Below, piece after piece: positions 8,590-17,226 of a stretch of DNA of 37,568 nucleotides. The stretch covers positions 1 to 37,568 of the IMG/VR virus record IMGVR_UViG_3300048998_000085. One strand, 5' to 3'. The DNA is from a virus (Duplodnaviria; Caudoviricetes). The number at the start of each line of letters is the position of its first letter. The stretch's first letter is position 1. A program made the position numbers and the translations under genes. The notes below the pieces were generated by a model that was not told where the DNA came from, did no database searches, and was given only the letters and a program-made list of their open reading frames with translations.

Positions 8590-9174
8590 ATGAGCTTGGC
8601 GATCGGCGTCGACCCCGGCAACTCTGGCGCGATTGCCCTAGTGTGCAGCGAGCGCGGCCTGCTGCAGATTGCCGCGTTGCCGCTTCGCACGCTTACGCCG
8701 GTCAACCGGGGAAAGGCGAAGCTAAAGCGCCGCGTTGATGAAAGGGCGTTGCGCTCGATCGTTCGCGCCTGGTCACTGCAGCGCAATTTCGCCGGCGAGA
8801 CGCGCATTGTTGCCGCGGTCGAACGGATGTTTTCAGGCGGCGTTGATGACGTGGTGCCGCCGGGCGTGCGGCAAGCAATGGGGCTATCGCAGGGCTTGGT
8901 TATGGGCGTGCTGGCCGCTTTCACGCATGAAACGCATACGCCCACGCCTCAGCAATGGAAACGAACTTACGGCCTCGGGAAAGACAAAACGCAGTCCGAG
9001 CCGATGGCTCGCCGATTCGTGCGCGGTTGCCCGGTGGTGCTCGGCCACGATAAGGCCGAGGCGATTTTGCTTGCGCATTGGGCACTCGGCGCGCTGCAAT
9101 TGCACGTGTCCGAGGACGACGACGAGGATAGCGGGGATTGGCCATTCCCGAGCAATGGTCGCCGCACCGCATAA
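8590..9174 (+). CDS. ruvC: RuvC-like Holliday junction resolvase
   Basis: AIGVDPG.SGAIA, AAVE, PQQWK, HDKAEAILLA; start moved to ATG 8590. Confidence 0.85.
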   Translation: MSLAIGVDPGNSGAIALVCSERGLLQIAALPLRTLTPVNRGKAKLKRRVDERALRSIVRAWSLQRNFAGETRIVAAVERMFSGGVDDVVPPGVRQAMGLSQGLVMGVLAAFTHETHTPTPQQWKRTYGLGKDKTQSEPMARRFVRGCPVVLGHDKAEAILLAHWALGALQLHVSEDDDEDSGDWPFPSNGRRTA

Positions 9175-9183
9175 TTCACGGGC

Positions 9184-9210
9184 AAAAAGAAACCCGCACA
9201 AGGCGGGTTT
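9184..9210 (-). terminator. terminator-like hairpin, U-tract stronger on the minus strand (possibly bidirectional)
   Basis: aaaaag-aaacccgc-acaag-gcgggttt. Confidence 0.55.
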
Positions 9211-9279
9211 GCAAATGCTTCGCGTGAATCGAATCCGAACGGGCCGATTATATGCCCGCTTTTCCTTTTGAGAGGTTGC

Positions 9280-10518
9280 ATGCAGCACGTCGATAAGCTT
9301 TTCGCCGCCGGCGCGGATAGTCGAGTGGTGCGCCGAATGCTCGACGACATCGAGCGCGCTAAGGGCTTATTAACGGCGCATGGTTTCGTGGTTGTGCCCG
9401 CTTTTGCTATCCCGTTGTTATTGATCCCCCTACCGTATGCCACCGAGGAGTGCAGAATAATGATTGATGCAGTAAAGGATCGGCTTGCTAATCTTGCCGA
9501 CAAAATCGGGGCTCTCGAGGCCGCCGCCGCTTCCGACGCTCGCGCCGTTATCGATTGGGCCGAGACCGAAATGCGCCTGGTGCTCGAGCAGATCGGCCAG
9601 CTGCGCAGCGTGGGTTTCCGCCCGGATCCCGAGCCTGAAAAGCCCGCCGACGCGTTGCCCGCGGTTTCCGTCAATCCTTTCCCGCTCGAAGGCGAGCATG
9701 CACCGAGCGCCGAGGAGCAGGAGCAACTCGATCAGGAGCTCGCCGAAGCAAACGAGCGCGGCCGCCTCGAGGGCCAAGTGCCGGGTACTTCACCCACCGC
9801 GCAAACCTCCTCACTTCCCGCCAACGATACGAACGACCCCGACGACTCGCTGCGCGGGGCTAATACGCTCGGCAACCAGGCGGACAATCAGCAGGACAAA
9901 ATGGCGGACAAACAGGACAAACAGGACAATTCGGGATATTCGAATAGTTCGGATTCGGGAAGTTCGGATAGTTCGGACACCGTGCGCAGCCCGCATGCCG
10001 CCCTATTCTCAAGCGGTCTGAGCACCGGCAACGATCTCAACGAGAGCACGAAAGACACCGGCGCGCTGCAGTCGTCCGAAGTCGAGGCGCTGGCTGTCTC
10101 GGGCATCGGCCCGGTACCGGCTAACGACGTGCAGGCACGTTTGACGCGCGACGCATCTAAGTCGAATGCGGATCTGGCCACCGTCTCGAGCACGGCCGGC
10201 GATCATCCGACCATTCTCTCGGCCTCGGGTGAGCCGATGACGCCGCCCCCGACGACGACGAAAGATCCCAAAATCATGGACGAGGCCGAGGCGAAGTCGC
10301 AAGCCGCGATCTCTGAGGCGTCGGCCGATGGCGAGCGCATGGCGCCTAACGATTTCCGCATGGGCGCGGGCGAGTCGACCTCGAGCTCGGGATTCGGCAC
10401 CGTTGGCCAAGCGCCCAAGGCTGACGAAACCGAAAAGCAGGTCGGCGGTGAAAAGGTAAGCAAAGAGCCCGCGGCCGCGGCCCCCACGCTGCAAAACGAT
10501 GCACCAGGCACCGCCTAA
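9280..10518 (+). CDS. large acidic, low-complexity hypothetical protein (alternative start 9460)
   Basis: Open frame with two RBS-supported ATGs (GAGAGG before 9280; GAGGAG before 9460); rich in D/E/S/A/P with DKQ and SSD repeats. Confidence 0.7.
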   Translation: MQHVDKLFAAGADSRVVRRMLDDIERAKGLLTAHGFVVVPAFAIPLLLIPLPYATEECRIMIDAVKDRLANLADKIGALEAAAASDARAVIDWAETEMRLVLEQIGQLRSVGFRPDPEPEKPADALPAVSVNPFPLEGEHAPSAEEQEQLDQELAEANERGRLEGQVPGTSPTAQTSSLPANDTNDPDDSLRGANTLGNQADNQQDKMADKQDKQDNSGYSNSSDSGSSDSSDTVRSPHAALFSSGLSTGNDLNESTKDTGALQSSEVEALAVSGIGPVPANDVQARLTRDASKSNADLATVSSTAGDHPTILSASGEPMTPPPTTTKDPKIMDEAEAKSQAAISEASADGERMAPNDFRMGAGESTSSSGFGTVGQAPKADETEKQVGGEKVSKEPAAAAPTLQNDAPGTA

Positions 10519-10705
10519 GCTTTATCGAAACGTGGCTTGTGTGTGCGGGAATTACTTCTTGCGCGGCGCAGGGATCACAAGCCACCGTCGAAACTGCGCC
10601 ATTTCCTGCAATACCCCGCCCGCGCGCCGATCAATCCCCGAATTGCGCGCGGCTAAACTCTGGCCATTCCCGAAGGGATCTAATGAAATCGTACCGTTGC
10701 CATAA
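10499..10705 (+). CDS. small zinc-finger-like protein
   Basis: CxCG..F...G...H...C pattern; C-terminal WPFP; overlaps both neighbours by about 20 nt. Confidence 0.5.
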   Translation: MHQAPPKLYRNVACVCGNYFLRGAGITSHRRNCAISCNTPPARRSIPELRAAKLWPFPKGSNEIVPLP

Positions 10706-10982
10706 GGTTGTCCGGGCTTTCCGGATAACGGGCCTGCAGCTGGCCACCGCCGACACGTCGGAGACGCTCGGGACCGACGAGGTTTTATTGTTGCCCGAGC
10801 GCGTAATCGTTACCTCGGATTGGATCAAAACCCGCGCGCACGACCGCCCGTGCGACGGGTATTTCGTCCAGTACGAGGACGGCTACACCAGCTGGTCGCC
10901 GGCGGCCGCATTCGAGTCGGGTTACTCCGAACTCGTCCACGAACCCGCAGCAGCACCGAAGGCGGCAAACGATGGCCAGTGA
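10683..10982 (+). CDS. conserved phage protein (YxCHKxVxA...GYxVxYxDGYxSWSP family)
   Basis: MKSYRCHKVVRAF...GYFVQYEDGYTSWSPAAAFESGY; AAGGGA RBS before ATG 10683. Confidence 0.8.
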   Translation: MKSYRCHKVVRAFRITGLQLATADTSETLGTDEVLLLPERVIVTSDWIKTRAHDRPCDGYFVQYEDGYTSWSPAAAFESGYSELVHEPAAAPKAANDGQ

Positions 10983-11292
10983 GGAAATCGCGACGCTAGT
11001 GCGCCCGCTTGGCAATCGCTTAGCGGTGCGCCCGGATGTCGCCTTGCCGGAGACGGATATCTTTATTCCGACCGGCTCGGGCATCGTTTGGGATTCGCAG
11101 CGCCATCTAGGCCGGCGGGGCGTGGTTGTCGCCGCCGGGCCCGGGGTTTATAACGCTAAGGGCGTTTTTTCCCCGACGGCCGTACCCGTGGGCGCCGTGA
11201 TTCGATACGGGGAATTCGAGTATCCAACGATCGAGGGCCTCTCGATCATCAGCGAGGCCGACGTTATCGGCATAGAGGAGTTAGCAAATTGA
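10972..11292 (+). CDS. groES: GroES/Cpn10-like co-chaperonin
   Basis: VRPLGNRLAV, GVVVAAGPG, VPVG..I.YG, IISEADVIGI. Confidence 0.88.
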   Translation: MASEEIATLVRPLGNRLAVRPDVALPETDIFIPTGSGIVWDSQRHLGRRGVVVAAGPGVYNAKGVFSPTAVPVGAVIRYGEFEYPTIEGLSIISEADVIGIEELAN

Positions 11293-11753
11293 TTAGAGAC
11301 GATCAGGTAGATCAGGAGGCGAGCCGCGTGCAAGCGATGTTTCGCAACCCCGCGCCGAACGCCCCGCATGACTTTCGCGTCATCAACGAATTGCAAAAGC
11401 GAATGGGGATCATCCGCGAGCTCACGCCCGACGAAACCGAGCAGCTGGTGCGCGACGAGGAAACCCGGATCCGCGGTGCGCAGCGCGCAAGCCTTTCGCC
11501 GGATCCGCAATACGATGCCGAGGGCCGTCTCGTCGAGGATCCGCGCGATACGCAAATCCGCGAGCTGCAGGCCGAAATGGCCGCTTTCCGTTCGATGATG
11601 GCCGAGCAGCGAAAGGAGCGAATTGCGATGGCGCAGGGCCAAACGACCGCCCCCGACCCTAACGAGGGCGCCCGCTTATCGGATCTTCCCACCAGTGCAA
11701 CCGCGCAACCCGAGGCGAGCGGCGACAATAGGCGCCCCAAAGCTAAGGCTTAA
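11289..11753 (+). CDS. hypothetical protein
   Basis: GAGGAG RBS; TTGA overlap with the groES stop. Confidence 0.7.
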   Translation: MIRDDQVDQEASRVQAMFRNPAPNAPHDFRVINELQKRMGIIRELTPDETEQLVRDEETRIRGAQRASLSPDPQYDAEGRLVEDPRDTQIRELQAEMAAFRSMMAEQRKERIAMAQGQTTAPDPNEGARLSDLPTSATAQPEASGDNRRPKAKA

Positions 11754-11767
11754 CGCACCGGGCACGA

Positions 11768-12133
11768 ATGGACGAAGCAGCACCACGCAAACGAGGCCGA
11801 CCGCCGATCGACGTCACGCCCGAACTGCGCCGCGAGGTTTACGTGCGCATTTCGTGCGGCATGCCGCTCGCGGCGGTTGCTAAGGTTATGCGCATGAACG
11901 AGCGCACCTTGCGTCGCCATTTTGGCGAGGAGCTCGAGGGCGCCCGGCTCGAAACGATCGTCACGCAGGCCTCGCAGGTTTACTCGCGCGGTCTGCGCGA
12001 TGATGCCGTCGGGCAGCGGGCCTCGGAGTTTTGGCTCAAGTGCGTCGGCGGTTGGAAAGAGACGGTAAAAATCGAGGAAACCCCTCAAACCCTTATCGTG
12101 CAGATCCGCGGCGACGATACGGTGGTTTTGTAG
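11768..12133 (+). CDS. terS: terminase small subunit
   Basis: RGRPP plus HTH (IS.GM...VA..M.M.E.TLRRHF..EL), FWLKC..GW.E; directly upstream of TerL. Confidence 0.85.
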   Translation: MDEAAPRKRGRPPIDVTPELRREVYVRISCGMPLAAVAKVMRMNERTLRRHFGEELEGARLETIVTQASQVYSRGLRDDAVGQRASEFWLKCVGGWKETVKIEETPQTLIVQIRGDDTVVL

Positions 12134-13495
12134 TTGGCTTTCGAGCTCACTCCGAAGCAAGTCGAGGGCCGCAACGTGCTCGGCTCGAGCGCCCGCCACG
12201 TGCAACTCGAGGGCGGATCCCGAAGCGGGAAAACGTTCCTAATCTGCTGGGCTATTTGTACGCGGGCATTGCTCGCGCCTAAATCGCGGCATGGGATATT
12301 CCGCTTCCGGCTCTCGCACCTTAAGTCGTCAATCATTGCCGACACGTGGCCAAAGATGGTCAGCGTTGCCTATCCGGGCTTGCGTGCGCCGATCCACAAA
12401 TCCGACTTTGTGGCCACGCTCCCGAACGGCTCCGAAATCTGGTTTGCCGGCCTGGACGATAAGCAGCGCACCGAAAAGGTTTTAGGCCAAGAATTCGCGA
12501 CGATCTATCTCAACGAGTGCTCGCAGCTGAGCTACGGTGCCCGTAACACGGTAATCACCAGGCTCGCGCAACGGGTGGAGATCGGGCCGCACGTGCCGCA
12601 GGCCGGCATGCTGCTACGGCCTAAGGCGTTTTATGACCTCAACCCGTCGACAAAATCTCATTGGGGTTATCGGCTTTTCTTAGAGGGCACCGACCCGGAA
12701 ACGAGGATCTCGCTCAACGATCGCGAAAACTACGCGCGGTTGCTGATGAATCCCGAGCACAACCTGCAGAACCTCGATCCGGAATATCTCACCACGCTTC
12801 GGGGCTTGCCCGAGCGGATGCAGCGCCGATTTTTGCGCGGTGGTTGGGCCGATGACAACCCGAACGCCCTCTTTCACGAAACCGATATCGACAAGTGGCG
12901 AGTCGAGGATACCGGCGAGCTCCCCGATATGGCGCGGGTAGTGGTGGCGGTCGATCCGTCGGGCGCCGGCGATGCCGACAACGAGGACAACGACGAAATC
13001 GGTATTGCGGTGGTAGGCCTCGGCGTTGATGGCGTGGCCTATGTGCTCGAGGACGCCACCATCAAAACGGGCCCGGCCGGTTGGGCTAACGTCGCCGTCT
13101 CGGCCTATCGCCGGCATCTGGCCGATGGGATGGTGGCCGAGGGCAACTTCGGGGGCGATATGGTGCGCGCCGTTATTTCGACGGCAGACCCGAATATTTA
13201 CGTGAAAATGGTCACGGCCTCCCGCGGCAAGGTTGTCCGGGCCGAGCCCTTTTCGCCGCTTTATGCCGACGGCCGCGTGCGCCACGTGGGGCGCTTTATC
13301 AAGGCCGAGGATGAGCTCTGCGCGATGTCGACGTCGGGATACCTCGGCGCCGGATCTCCCAACCGCGCCGACGCGATTATCTGGGCGCTCGCCGAGCTAT
13401 TCCCCGGTATCGTTAGCCCGCGCACAACAAAACCCGCGGCGCCAGCAATCCAACGGCCGCGCCTGGACGGCGCCGGCGGATGGATGGGCCGCTAA
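12134..13495 (+). CDS. terL: terminase large subunit
   Basis: Walker A GGSRSGKT, Walker B IYLNE, NP coupling motif, nuclease VVAVDP, SPNRADA; TTG start with GGTGG RBS. Confidence 0.96.
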   Translation: MAFELTPKQVEGRNVLGSSARHVQLEGGSRSGKTFLICWAICTRALLAPKSRHGIFRFRLSHLKSSIIADTWPKMVSVAYPGLRAPIHKSDFVATLPNGSEIWFAGLDDKQRTEKVLGQEFATIYLNECSQLSYGARNTVITRLAQRVEIGPHVPQAGMLLRPKAFYDLNPSTKSHWGYRLFLEGTDPETRISLNDRENYARLLMNPEHNLQNLDPEYLTTLRGLPERMQRRFLRGGWADDNPNALFHETDIDKWRVEDTGELPDMARVVVAVDPSGAGDADNEDNDEIGIAVVGLGVDGVAYVLEDATIKTGPAGWANVAVSAYRRHLADGMVAEGNFGGDMVRAVISTADPNIYVKMVTASRGKVVRAEPFSPLYADGRVRHVGRFIKAEDELCAMSTSGYLGAGSPNRADAIIWALAELFPGIVSPRTTKPAAPAIQRPRLDGAGGWMGR

Positions 13496-13516
13496 CCCGC
13501 AACAGGAATTCAACCG

Positions 13517-15814
13517 ATGGCCACCTCTGACCTCGCAACGCCGCCCCACCGCCTCACGCCCGACAAGCGCGCCTCGAAGGGCGCCGACGCAAAAATCATC
13601 GCCGAGGCGCGGGCATTCTTTGATGAGGTTGAGGCGGCCGAATCAGCCGACCGCGACCAGGCGCGCAAAGATATCAAGTTTTCCTATGGCGAGCAGTGGC
13701 CCGATGCGGTTTACAACGACCGCCAAACCGAGGACCGCCCCGCCCTCACGTTGAACAAGCTTGGCGCGTTTATCCGCTATATCTGCAACCAGCAGCGCCA
13801 GCAGCGCCCGCGCCTGAAAGTCTCGCCATGTGGCGACGGCGCGCAGAAGAAAACCGCCGATATCATTCAAGGCCTCTTACGGCACATCGAAGTGCAAAGC
13901 CACGCCGAATCGGCTTATGACATTGCATTCGAGTATGCGGTGCGCGGTGGCTTAGGTTATGTGCGCGTGCTCTCCGACTATGAGCCGAACAGTTTCAATC
14001 AGTGCCTCACGGTGGAGTCGATCCCCAACCCGTTTAGCGTGCGATTCGACCCGCACTCGATATTGCCCGACGGGCGCGACGCGATGGCGTGCATTATCTC
14101 GAGCAATATCTCTAAAACGCAATTCAGAAGCGATTACCCCGGATTCGATCCTGATTCGTGGGTAACAGACGGCGCCGACACCGGGGCGGGTTGGGTTGAA
14201 GAATCGACCGTGCGCGTGGCCGAGTATTACGTTATCCGCGGCAAAAAGCAGCAGCTATGCCTCCTCTCGAACGGCCTCCCGAAGTGGAGTGACGAGATCT
14301 CGCCGATAGTGCTTAAGGCTTCGGGCCTAAAGGTTGTCGGGCAGCGCATGGCGGTGCGCCGTCAGCTGCACTGGTACAAGCTCACCGCCGGCGCCATCCT
14401 CGAGCACTTGGAATTGCCGGGCCGATATATCCCGGTGGTGCCCGTGGTCGGCAATGAGCTTTATGTCGAAAACAAGCGACATCGTTATGGCGTGGTCAAG
14501 GATGCCCGTGACCCGCAATTGATGCTCAACTACTGGCGCTCGGCGGAAACCGAGCACGTGGCCCTCGGACCTAAGAATAAATGGCTGATGGTCGCCGGGC
14601 AGGACGAGGGCTTAGAGGGCGAGTGGGCCAACGCCAACCGCTCGAGCAACGCGGTATTGCATTACAAATCGGTGCTCGATAAGGCCGGCAATCCGGCGCC
14701 CGCCCCGCAACGCTCGCAGCCCGAGGCGGTGCCGCCCGGCATCGTCGAGCTCGCCAACCAGGCGGACACCGACCTAACGTCAGTGCTCGGCGTGATTGAC
14801 CCGAGCCAACGCATCGGCGGCAATCAGTCGGGCAAGTCGCTAGCCGGCGAGCGCCTGCAAAGCCAAACGTCGACGTTTAACTTTATCGACAACCTCTCGC
14901 GCTCAATCATGCACGTGGGGCGAATCCTGCTGGACCTAATACCGCACTACTACAGCGAAGCCCGCGTCATCCGGATTATCGGCGGCGACGGCAAGCCGCA
15001 ACAGGTCAAGCTGAATCAGCCCGTCGACGCGCAGGGCAACCCGCTCGAGGTTATCTACACCGGGGCGGGTGAATTCGTGACCTCGGCCGACGTCGACCAT
15101 GTGCTAAACGACGTGACAACGGGCTTGTATGAGATCGATCTCGACACCGGGCCCGGCCTGGACACGAAACGCGAGCAGGCGGTCGAGCAGATGACGCCGC
15201 TATTCGCCGCCGACCCGGTGCTGCGCGAAAAGGCGGGGGATATCTGGTTCCGGAATATGGACTTCCCCGGGGCCGACGCCATCGCCGACCGGCTCGCCGC
15301 GGGGAATCCGCTAGCCAACCTCGAGGAAATGGCCGACGTGCCGCCGGCGGTGGTGGCCAAAATGCAGGCCTTGCAGCAGCAATTGCAACAGGCGCAGGAG
15401 CAGATTAAGCAGCAGGAGCAGATCCTCAAATCCCGAATGGACGTCGAGGGCATGCGTCAGGCCGGCGCCGTGCACCGCGAGGAGATCAAAGCTCACGCCT
15501 CGATGCTCTCCGACAAGCTTTGGAGTCGCGAGGAGCAAAACCAAGTCGATAGCGTCGAGCGCACGAAAATGTTTGATATCGCGACGCGAGCTCAGACCGC
15601 GCATGGGGTGCAGGAACTTAAATCCTTTACCGACGTTTTGCTCGACAACAACAAAACCCCGGCCGAGCGTGCCACCGAGGCCGCCGCGGTTGATGGCTTT
15701 GCAGACGAAACGCAGGCCGAGGCCATGCAAGCGGCCCCGCAACCTGAAACCCCGCCCCCGCTTTCCGCTTGGCGCGACGAGGACGAGGACCAGGCCGAGG
15801 AGCTCCCGCAATAA
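13517..15814 (+). CDS. portal protein (P22-like)
   Basis: GEQW...RPALTLNKL, GGLGYVRV, IPVVPVVG, DARDPQLMLNYW.S; C-terminal Q-rich coiled-coil barrel. Confidence 0.95.
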   Translation: MATSDLATPPHRLTPDKRASKGADAKIIAEARAFFDEVEAAESADRDQARKDIKFSYGEQWPDAVYNDRQTEDRPALTLNKLGAFIRYICNQQRQQRPRLKVSPCGDGAQKKTADIIQGLLRHIEVQSHAESAYDIAFEYAVRGGLGYVRVLSDYEPNSFNQCLTVESIPNPFSVRFDPHSILPDGRDAMACIISSNISKTQFRSDYPGFDPDSWVTDGADTGAGWVEESTVRVAEYYVIRGKKQQLCLLSNGLPKWSDEISPIVLKASGLKVVGQRMAVRRQLHWYKLTAGAILEHLELPGRYIPVVPVVGNELYVENKRHRYGVVKDARDPQLMLNYWRSAETEHVALGPKNKWLMVAGQDEGLEGEWANANRSSNAVLHYKSVLDKAGNPAPAPQRSQPEAVPPGIVELANQADTDLTSVLGVIDPSQRIGGNQSGKSLAGERLQSQTSTFNFIDNLSRSIMHVGRILLDLIPHYYSEARVIRIIGGDGKPQQVKLNQPVDAQGNPLEVIYTGAGEFVTSADVDHVLNDVTTGLYEIDLDTGPGLDTKREQAVEQMTPLFAADPVLREKAGDIWFRNMDFPGADAIADRLAAGNPLANLEEMADVPPAVVAKMQALQQQLQQAQEQIKQQEQILKSRMDVEGMRQAGAVHREEIKAHASMLSDKLWSREEQNQVDSVERTKMFDIATRAQTAHGVQELKSFTDVLLDNNKTPAERATEAAAVDGFADETQAEAMQAAPQPETPPPLSAWRDEDEDQAEELPQ

Positions 15815-16110
15815 TGGCGACGCACACGAATATCGAAACAGCCGAGTCGATCGAGCTCACCGTATTGCGGCGGTTTTTCGAACAATGGAATGCGTTGCAC
15901 GCGATGGCTCGAGGCGGCACGCCGGCCGAAATAGCGGCGCAACGAACCACGCTGCAGCATTTCGCGCAACGTCTGTCGGATGCCGCGACCGACGTGCGAA
16001 TCGCTCAACAGGCGCGAAAAGAGGCGATAAGGGATGCCGAGCGCGCTCAATCCCCCTTTATCCCACCGCCGCGCATTTTGCCGCTCGATCCGCCCGAAGC
16101 GACCGATTAA
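15814..16110 (+). CDS. hypothetical helical protein
   Basis: TAATG coupling to the portal gene; GAGGAG upstream. Confidence 0.65.
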   Translation: MATHTNIETAESIELTVLRRFFEQWNALHAMARGGTPAEIAAQRTTLQHFAQRLSDAATDVRIAQQARKEAIRDAERAQSPFIPPPRILPLDPPEATD

Positions 16111-16223
16111 GCGACCGGATTGTGCATGCGAGTGGTTTAGTCGGTGCGTTAAGTGGCAAAATCCCCCCGTTAGTGATTGCCTACCGTTCGGCTTATTGAG
16201 CGGGATAAATCCGGGGGCCCCGA

Positions 16224-17168
16224 TTGGCCAGTGAGCAGCAGACTAGCGACGTGGTGGTCGTTACAAGTAATGACGTGGCGGAATTCACCGCACGCGCGGC
16301 GGGCTTAGCCCCCGCGTTGCCGGCTATTGAGGCGGACGACCCCGGGCACCAGGGATCGGACGAGCCGAACGGCAACACGGGCGAGAGTGAGCACGACGAT
16401 GCGGCGGCTAATGGCGCTACGAGTCTCGACGATGCCAGCAATGACGGCAACGCCAAGCAGCCACGCCTGCAGGCGCGTTTTGGAGAATTGACTCAACAGC
16501 GAAACCAGATGCGCGAGGAGCGCGACCGGCTAGCTCGAGAGCTCGAGGAACTGAAACGCGGCCAGCAGGCGGCCCCGGTGCAGCAGGCGCAACCGAAGGA
16601 AACCGACCAGGCGCAAGCCGAGGGCACGGATCCGGCGGGGGCACCAGCTGCGCCGGCGGCGGGCAACCCCGACGACCTACCGCAGCAACCCGCTAATGAC
16701 GCTGAGCCCGATCCCGCCGACGTGGTGCGGAAATGGCACATGCGGCTCGGCGTGCAGCTGCTCGCTACGCCCGACTTCGATGATGTTATGGCGGCGGCGG
16801 CTGATGTTCAGATTCCGCAAAGCATGACGAATGCCATCATGGAATCGGAGCAGGGCCCGGCGATTGCTTACCATCTTGCGCAAAACAAGGATCTCGCCAA
16901 GCGTTTGGCGGGCTCGCGCGAGTCGGTAATGCTTAGGGAATTGGGCAAGCTCGAGGCGACGCTATCCGCGCAAGCGGACGGCAGCACGGCGGCACCAGCT
17001 GCGCGAGCATCGGCGAGTGTGACGCAGCGACGCGCACCGCCCCCGCCCCCGATTTCCCCCATTCGCTCGGCCCGCTCAGACCCTCTCGACGCTCTAATCG
17101 ACGAAAACGGAGAGTTTCACGGCACGCCCGAGGAATATCAGGAACTAAGGCGAAAAGGGAAAATCTAG
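16224..17168 (+). CDS. scaffolding protein
   Basis: Lies between portal and coat; RF.ELT.QR coiled coil, AIMESEQGPAIAYHLAQN, RELGKLEA, PPPPISP, C-terminal Y...RRKGKI. Confidence 0.88.
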   Translation: MASEQQTSDVVVVTSNDVAEFTARAAGLAPALPAIEADDPGHQGSDEPNGNTGESEHDDAAANGATSLDDASNDGNAKQPRLQARFGELTQQRNQMREERDRLARELEELKRGQQAAPVQQAQPKETDQAQAEGTDPAGAPAAPAAGNPDDLPQQPANDAEPDPADVVRKWHMRLGVQLLATPDFDDVMAAAADVQIPQSMTNAIMESEQGPAIAYHLAQNKDLAKRLAGSRESVMLRELGKLEATLSAQADGSTAAPAARASASVTQRRAPPPPPISPIRSARSDPLDALIDENGEFHGTPEEYQELRRKGKI

Positions 17169-17226
17169 CGATAGATCCCGAGGCGGTGCCCGTTTGCAAA
17201 ACCTCTTAATTGCAAACTTAGGTGCC

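Noticed and set aside
8016-8945. Long antisense ORFs (e.g. 8016-8945, 29662-30573, 35678-36508)
   Set aside because: These are shadow frames of real genes in high-GC DNA, with no RBS, coupling or recognisable motifs.
17194-17226. ORF-track TTG start of the coat gene
   Set aside because: ATG 17227 has an AGGTG RBS and aligns exactly with the start of the 18669 leader.
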